Shown piece by piece: positions 60,473 to 64,000 of a DNA stretch of 64,000 nucleotides. Source of the stretch: a bacterium (GTDB lineage Bacteria; Patescibacteriota; Dojkabacteria; GCA-016699595); NCBI GenBank assembly GCA_016699595.1, contig CP064982.1:139647-203646 (forward strand), given 5' to 3'. The translations under genes and the position numbers were made by a program. The notes beneath the pieces are model-generated. The model had not been told where the DNA came from. It did not search any database and worked only from the letters and a program-made list of their open reading frames with translations. Numbering within the stretch: position 1 is the stretch's first letter; each line of letters opens with the position of its first letter.

Positions 60473-61013
60473 TCTTAATGATTTGTTTTAAAATAGCCAA
60501 AATTATCTATTAGAAATATAAGACTATATCTTTATATATAATATATATGAAAAGGGGGGAACAAGTCAAAACTAAGTTCTTATTGCGATTCTGTTGGACT
60601 GCGAAACGATTATCTTTCAACTGTTCCTATAAGGTAAATTGGGTAACTTCTGTATGATAAAGATCATCACTCACGAAATCAATACAATCAAAATGTAAAA
60701 TCTTTTTGTTTGAGGCAAATTTATAAACTACCAGATACAATCTATAGCACATAAATATTCCTAGAACAGTAGATATCTAAGCACCAAAGATACTAAATTG
60801 AAAGTAAAGATAACAATGTAGTGTATACTTTCACTTATCAAAAGTAAAAGTTGATTTTGTGTTCAATAACTCCAACTACTGTTGGGTACAGACTTGGAAC
60901 TTTTGTCTTATCTATAGATTTGTAAATAAATTCAAAACTTCTTTGTCTTGTCAAAACATTGTATTATGTGTTTTGAATTTCAAATGAATTTCCTGTGCTA
61001 ATAGACAAAAACG

Positions 61014-62249
61014 CTATAGTATCTTGAACTCGCCATCTTCGTAAAGCAAAATTTCTTCACCATTCTTCAATATCGCAGTAACTTTGCGGTTTGTAGTTGA
61101 CATGATATCTACATGTATCGCTGACTGATTGAATCTTAGCTCTTCAGATTTCTCTTCAGTTAGATCTGCGAAATCTCCTGAGTATGTATCTTTGTAACTT
61201 TTCCCAATTGCCAAGTGTGTGTTTCCAAATTCTCCCCCAAAGTTTTCATCATACAAAGTAGTAGCCATAATTCTATCAATTCTTGAAAATCTTTTGTCTG
61301 TTAAGCTGATTTCTCCAACACGGCTTGCTCCTTCATCAGTTTCAAGCATTGAACATAGCGCTTCTTCATTCTCTTTGGCAGAATATCTGACAACCTTTCC
61401 TTTCTCAAAGTGCAATTCTATACCATTAATTATTTGTCCAAGTCTATACAATGGCTGATTGAACTTAATCCAACCATCAACTCCTTGGTTATCGGGACTA
61501 GTGAAAATTTCAAAGCTAGGAATATTTCTTCCTGTTCCACCAAGCCATCTTCTTGATTCACCGATTTTTACAGTCAAGTCCATATCTGTCCCTGTAATAT
61601 GTATGGTATCTATATTTAAACTATTTATTTTATCTTTCAGTAAAGTTATTTGATTTAAGCTCTCTTTATTTTTCTCAATGCATTCATCTTTATCTAAATC
61701 TAGGTGACATGCTTTGATGATTTGTTCCCAATACTCCTGAAGAGACATATTCGCAGCTTCAGCCATTGCAGGCGTCGGGTAATCTGTCAAAGTCCAAGTA
61801 AACTTGCCATCCAGTTCCTTGTCATCTCTAAAGTCCGTATATGGTTTCCATGCTTTACTTCTTATTGCCAACTTGGTCTGATCTATACCATCGTAGTAAT
61901 GATGATCATTTGTTGAATAAAAAAAGATAAGATGATCAATGAGATTGATCTTAGCTTGTATATAATTTTCTGGAAAGAAGTTCAATTGCTCTTCGTTTGC
62001 AATCTCAAAAAATAACCTAGTTTCATCTCGATCCCTCTCAAGTTCGGCTGGTAAGTAAGTGAGTAACATATGTCCACCACTCTCTAAAATAGCTTTTTGA
62101 ACATGAAATAAAATTGGTTTCGCATGTTCGTTCATCAAAACATTTACTACATCACCTTTTTTGATGCCTTCGCCAGAATTCAAGGCAAAGTTGACTAGTA
62201 AATTTGCAAAGTTTGATAGTATTTGTTGGTTTGGAGTGTATGTTGACAT
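61014..62249 (-). CDS. Aminopeptidase, M29 (AmpS/PepS) family-like
   Basis: 411 aa. The N-terminal …FANLLVNFALNSGEGIKKGDVV… resembles the AmpS/PepS start. Size matches M29. Confidence 0.55.
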   Translation of the reverse strand: MSTYTPNQQILSNFANLLVNFALNSGEGIKKGDVVNVLMNEHAKPILFHVQKAILESGGHMLLTYLPAELERDRDETRLFFEIANEEQLNFFPENYIQAKINLIDHLIFFYSTNDHHYYDGIDQTKLAIRSKAWKPYTDFRDDKELDGKFTWTLTDYPTPAMAEAANMSLQEYWEQIIKACHLDLDKDECIEKNKESLNQITLLKDKINSLNIDTIHITGTDMDLTVKIGESRRWLGGTGRNIPSFEIFTSPDNQGVDGWIKFNQPLYRLGQIINGIELHFEKGKVVRYSAKENEEALCSMLETDEGASRVGEISLTDKRFSRIDRIMATTLYDENFGGEFGNTHLAIGKSYKDTYSGDFADLTEEKSEELRFNQSAIHVDIMSTTNRKVTAILKNGEEILLYEDGEFKIL

Positions 62250-62268
62250 AATGAAAAGTATATTTTTT

Positions 62269-63597
62269 TTATTGAAATATATTTGTAAATAGTTCTTTTG
62301 ATAGGCTAAGAGCTAGTTGCAGTGATCTTTTGTGAAAATTTTCATTTACTCCATGCATATTGCAATCTTCATTTGCCAAATTCAGGAAGAACAAATTCTC
62401 AGTTATATGTTTTTTTAGGTAGCCAGAAACTGGTAAAGAACCACCAGAGTAATTTATAGTAGGTTTAATTTTATAAACATTCGAGATGCAACGCTCAATT
62501 TCTGGAAAATATTTATTATCAAAATTAATTTTAGTTGCATTAGCACCCTCCCTTACATCTATTGTCAAATGGAAATCATTTAATCTATCTAAGAAGTAAT
62601 CTTCTAAAAGACGTCCGATCTTACTTTCGTTTTGACCCTCAACTAATCTGATATTTAACTTCACTTCAGCAGTAGCAGGAATAATGTTTTTATAACCATC
62701 TTCAACAAACCCTGCCTTAATACCAGAAATTTGCAGTGTAGGTCGAAATCCTGTCCTTCTCAAGTAATTGTAACCCAGTTCTCCGACTAAGAAAGGTGTG
62801 CCGGTTAATTCATAAATTTCTTCGAATGTAGGTATATTTTCAGAGGTTGCTGTCTCTTCGAAAGAAGTGAGAGGTACTATTCCTTCATAGAAGCCAGGTA
62901 AATTGAGGCTATTGTCCCAGTTGATAAGATCGCTCAAAGCTTTGGTTAGGAAGATTGCTGGATTTGGTATTAGTCCTCCATAAATACCAGAATGTAAATC
63001 ATTTTTTAAACCTAAAATTTTTATACTCATATTCAAAAACCCTCTATATCCACCTGAAATTGTTGGATTATCAATTCCTCTAAGTTCGCCATCTGAGACA
63101 ATTGCTATGTCTGCAGTGAGTTTGTCTTTTTCATGAATAATGCATGATTCAAGTTTATCACTCCCTGTTTCTTCGTCACCTTCAATAAGAAACTTTATAT
63201 TGAAATCCAAGGATTGGTTTTTGTTGAGTAGTGCCAATATTGTGTAAATATGGATCAAAAGTTGACCCTTGTCATCTATAACACCTCTAGCAAAAAGCCT
63301 ATCTTCACTTTCATGTAGTTCAAATGGTTCAAAATCCCAACCATCAGTTAAATCAGCTGGCTGAACATCATAATGTCCGTATATCAAAATAGTCTTAGCA
63401 TTAGGTTTTTTTGATTTGTAATTTGCGAAGAGTATGTCATTTCCATATCCTGACCATATTTCAGTATCAAAGTTTGCGTTATCAAATAGTTCTTTGAGCC
63501 AAGTTACACAATTTATCATTTCAACATGCATATTTGTATCGTTTGATATTGTTTTGAATGAGATAAATTTCTGGAGTAATGCTTGGTATGTTTGCAT
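62269..63597 (-). CDS. M20 family metallopeptidase (dipeptidase / ArgE-DapE-CPG2-like)
   Basis: 442 aa. …ILIYGHYDVQPA… (metal-binding His/Asp), …EGDEETGS… (Glu-Glu) and a dimerisation insert. Confidence 0.75.
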   Translation of the reverse strand: MQTYQALLQKFISFKTISNDTNMHVEMINCVTWLKELFDNANFDTEIWSGYGNDILFANYKSKKPNAKTILIYGHYDVQPADLTDGWDFEPFELHESEDRLFARGVIDDKGQLLIHIYTILALLNKNQSLDFNIKFLIEGDEETGSDKLESCIIHEKDKLTADIAIVSDGELRGIDNPTISGGYRGFLNMSIKILGLKNDLHSGIYGGLIPNPAIFLTKALSDLINWDNSLNLPGFYEGIVPLTSFEETATSENIPTFEEIYELTGTPFLVGELGYNYLRRTGFRPTLQISGIKAGFVEDGYKNIIPATAEVKLNIRLVEGQNESKIGRLLEDYFLDRLNDFHLTIDVREGANATKINFDNKYFPEIERCISNVYKIKPTINYSGGSLPVSGYLKKHITENLFFLNLANEDCNMHGVNENFHKRSLQLALSLSKELFTNIFQ

Positions 63598-63648
63598 GAT
63601 GGTTAATAATTGTTAAAACTTTTTTGATTAGAATAGATAAAAATTATA

Positions 63649-63921
63649 CTACTTTTCGCTGTAATTTGCATTATTGAATAATATAAATAAGGTATTACAA
63701 AGTTCAAATATTTGAAAACTTTTATCATTACTACAAGGTTGTTCTAACTTCAAAATATCTTTTTTTATCCAAATTTTGATTCTTTCTTCTGCGAAATAAT
63801 TTAGTTCAGATTCTAGATGTTTGTTGTGAAATTTGTAGTTACTTTTCAAACGAAAATTAGTATGCTTGCCCCAGTGTTTATATAAAATCTTTAATTCAAC
63901 AGGAATTTCATACATGATCAA
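63649..63921 (-). CDS. Hypothetical protein (90 aa; the true start is probably the ATG two codons in)
   Basis: ORF only. It overlaps by 4 bp the stop of a further minus-strand ORF that enters from the window end. Confidence 0.3.
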   Translation of the reverse strand: MIMYEIPVELKILYKHWGKHTNFRLKSNYKFHNKHLESELNYFAEERIKIWIKKDILKLEQPCSNDKSFQIFELCNTLFILFNNANYSEK

Positions 63922-64000
63922 TTTTCCTTTTCAAAGACTACATTAAACTTAGGATTTTCTAAAAGTAATAATTTGCCATCTTTTGAAACCAAGTAAGTTG

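Noticed and set aside
1-64000. Possible alternative genetic code (UGA recoded, as in some CPR lineages)
   Set aside because: Very long ORFs (1094, 925, 868 and 713 aa) are uninterrupted under the standard code. TGA is used as an ordinary stop, for example at 41708-41710.
1-64000. CRISPR array, cas genes, transposase or integrase
   Set aside because: No array of short regularly spaced repeats was seen. The only clear non-coding repeat is the 2-copy 56-bp dus-end duplication, and no recombinase-like ORF was recognised.
63918-64000. Partial minus-strand ORF entering from the window end (stop at 63918-63920)
   Set aside because: Only about 27 codons are visible, too short to annotate or assign.

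Overview
This is an AT-rich (about 30-35% GC by eye), gene-dense window of bacterial chromosome read with the standard genetic code. Long ORFs are intact and TGA is used as a stop. The gene content suggests a small-genome monoderm bacterium of the CPR/Patescibacteria kind: the type IV pilus set has no secretin, SecDF is present, many housekeeping genes sit alone rather than in their usual operons, and there are several peptidases and a peptide-type ABC exporter. That assignment is inference only. About 60 protein genes, one tRNA-Glu and an RNase P RNA can be supported.

Main blocks, in order:
(1) 1-3.7 kb: a DUF218/SanA-like gene (partial), gyrB and holB.
(2) 3.8-19.5 kb: a type IV pilus locus. 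It holds pilB, pilT and pilC, a prepilin-peptidase-like gene, a major pilin with an intrinsic terminator, secF and secD, and a 925-aa BNR plus SdrD-B-like repeat surface protein. A HEPN/MNT toxin-antitoxin-like pair with a wHTH gene follows, then a second pilin-like gene and pilM, pilN and pilO.
(3) 19.6-25.8 kb: nusA, tRNA-Glu, a MurJ-like flippase, rpmF, nusB, rnc, rpsP and yraN.
(4) 25.8-35.4 kb: a membrane-anchored Cys/His protein, an SDR, a short zwf-like gene, mutL, a DUF192 gene, an Amidase_2 gene and a DUF2207-LemA pair.
(5) 35.5-42.8 kb: RNase P RNA directly downstream of pnp, an esterase, rpmH with a C-terminal extension, dus, a 56-bp direct repeat that duplicates the dus 3' end around a small ORF, and rsmD.
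(6) 42.9-64 kb: a GT-C glycosyltransferase, a 1094-aa UvrD-like helicase fused to a Cas4/AddB-type Fe-S nuclease, gyrA, a secreted Ser/Thr-rich protein, pepF, recG, a MacB/FtsX-type ABC pair, and M29 and M20 peptidases.

No CRISPR array, transposase or integrase was recognised.

The most system-like novelty is the pilus locus. Both pilins have Ala, not Gly, at the -1 cleavage position; the peptidase-like gene carries GGGE where GGGD is expected; and an adhesin and a toxin-antitoxin-like module are embedded in the locus. The dus-end duplication around a small ORF and the helicase-nuclease fusion are also worth a second look.
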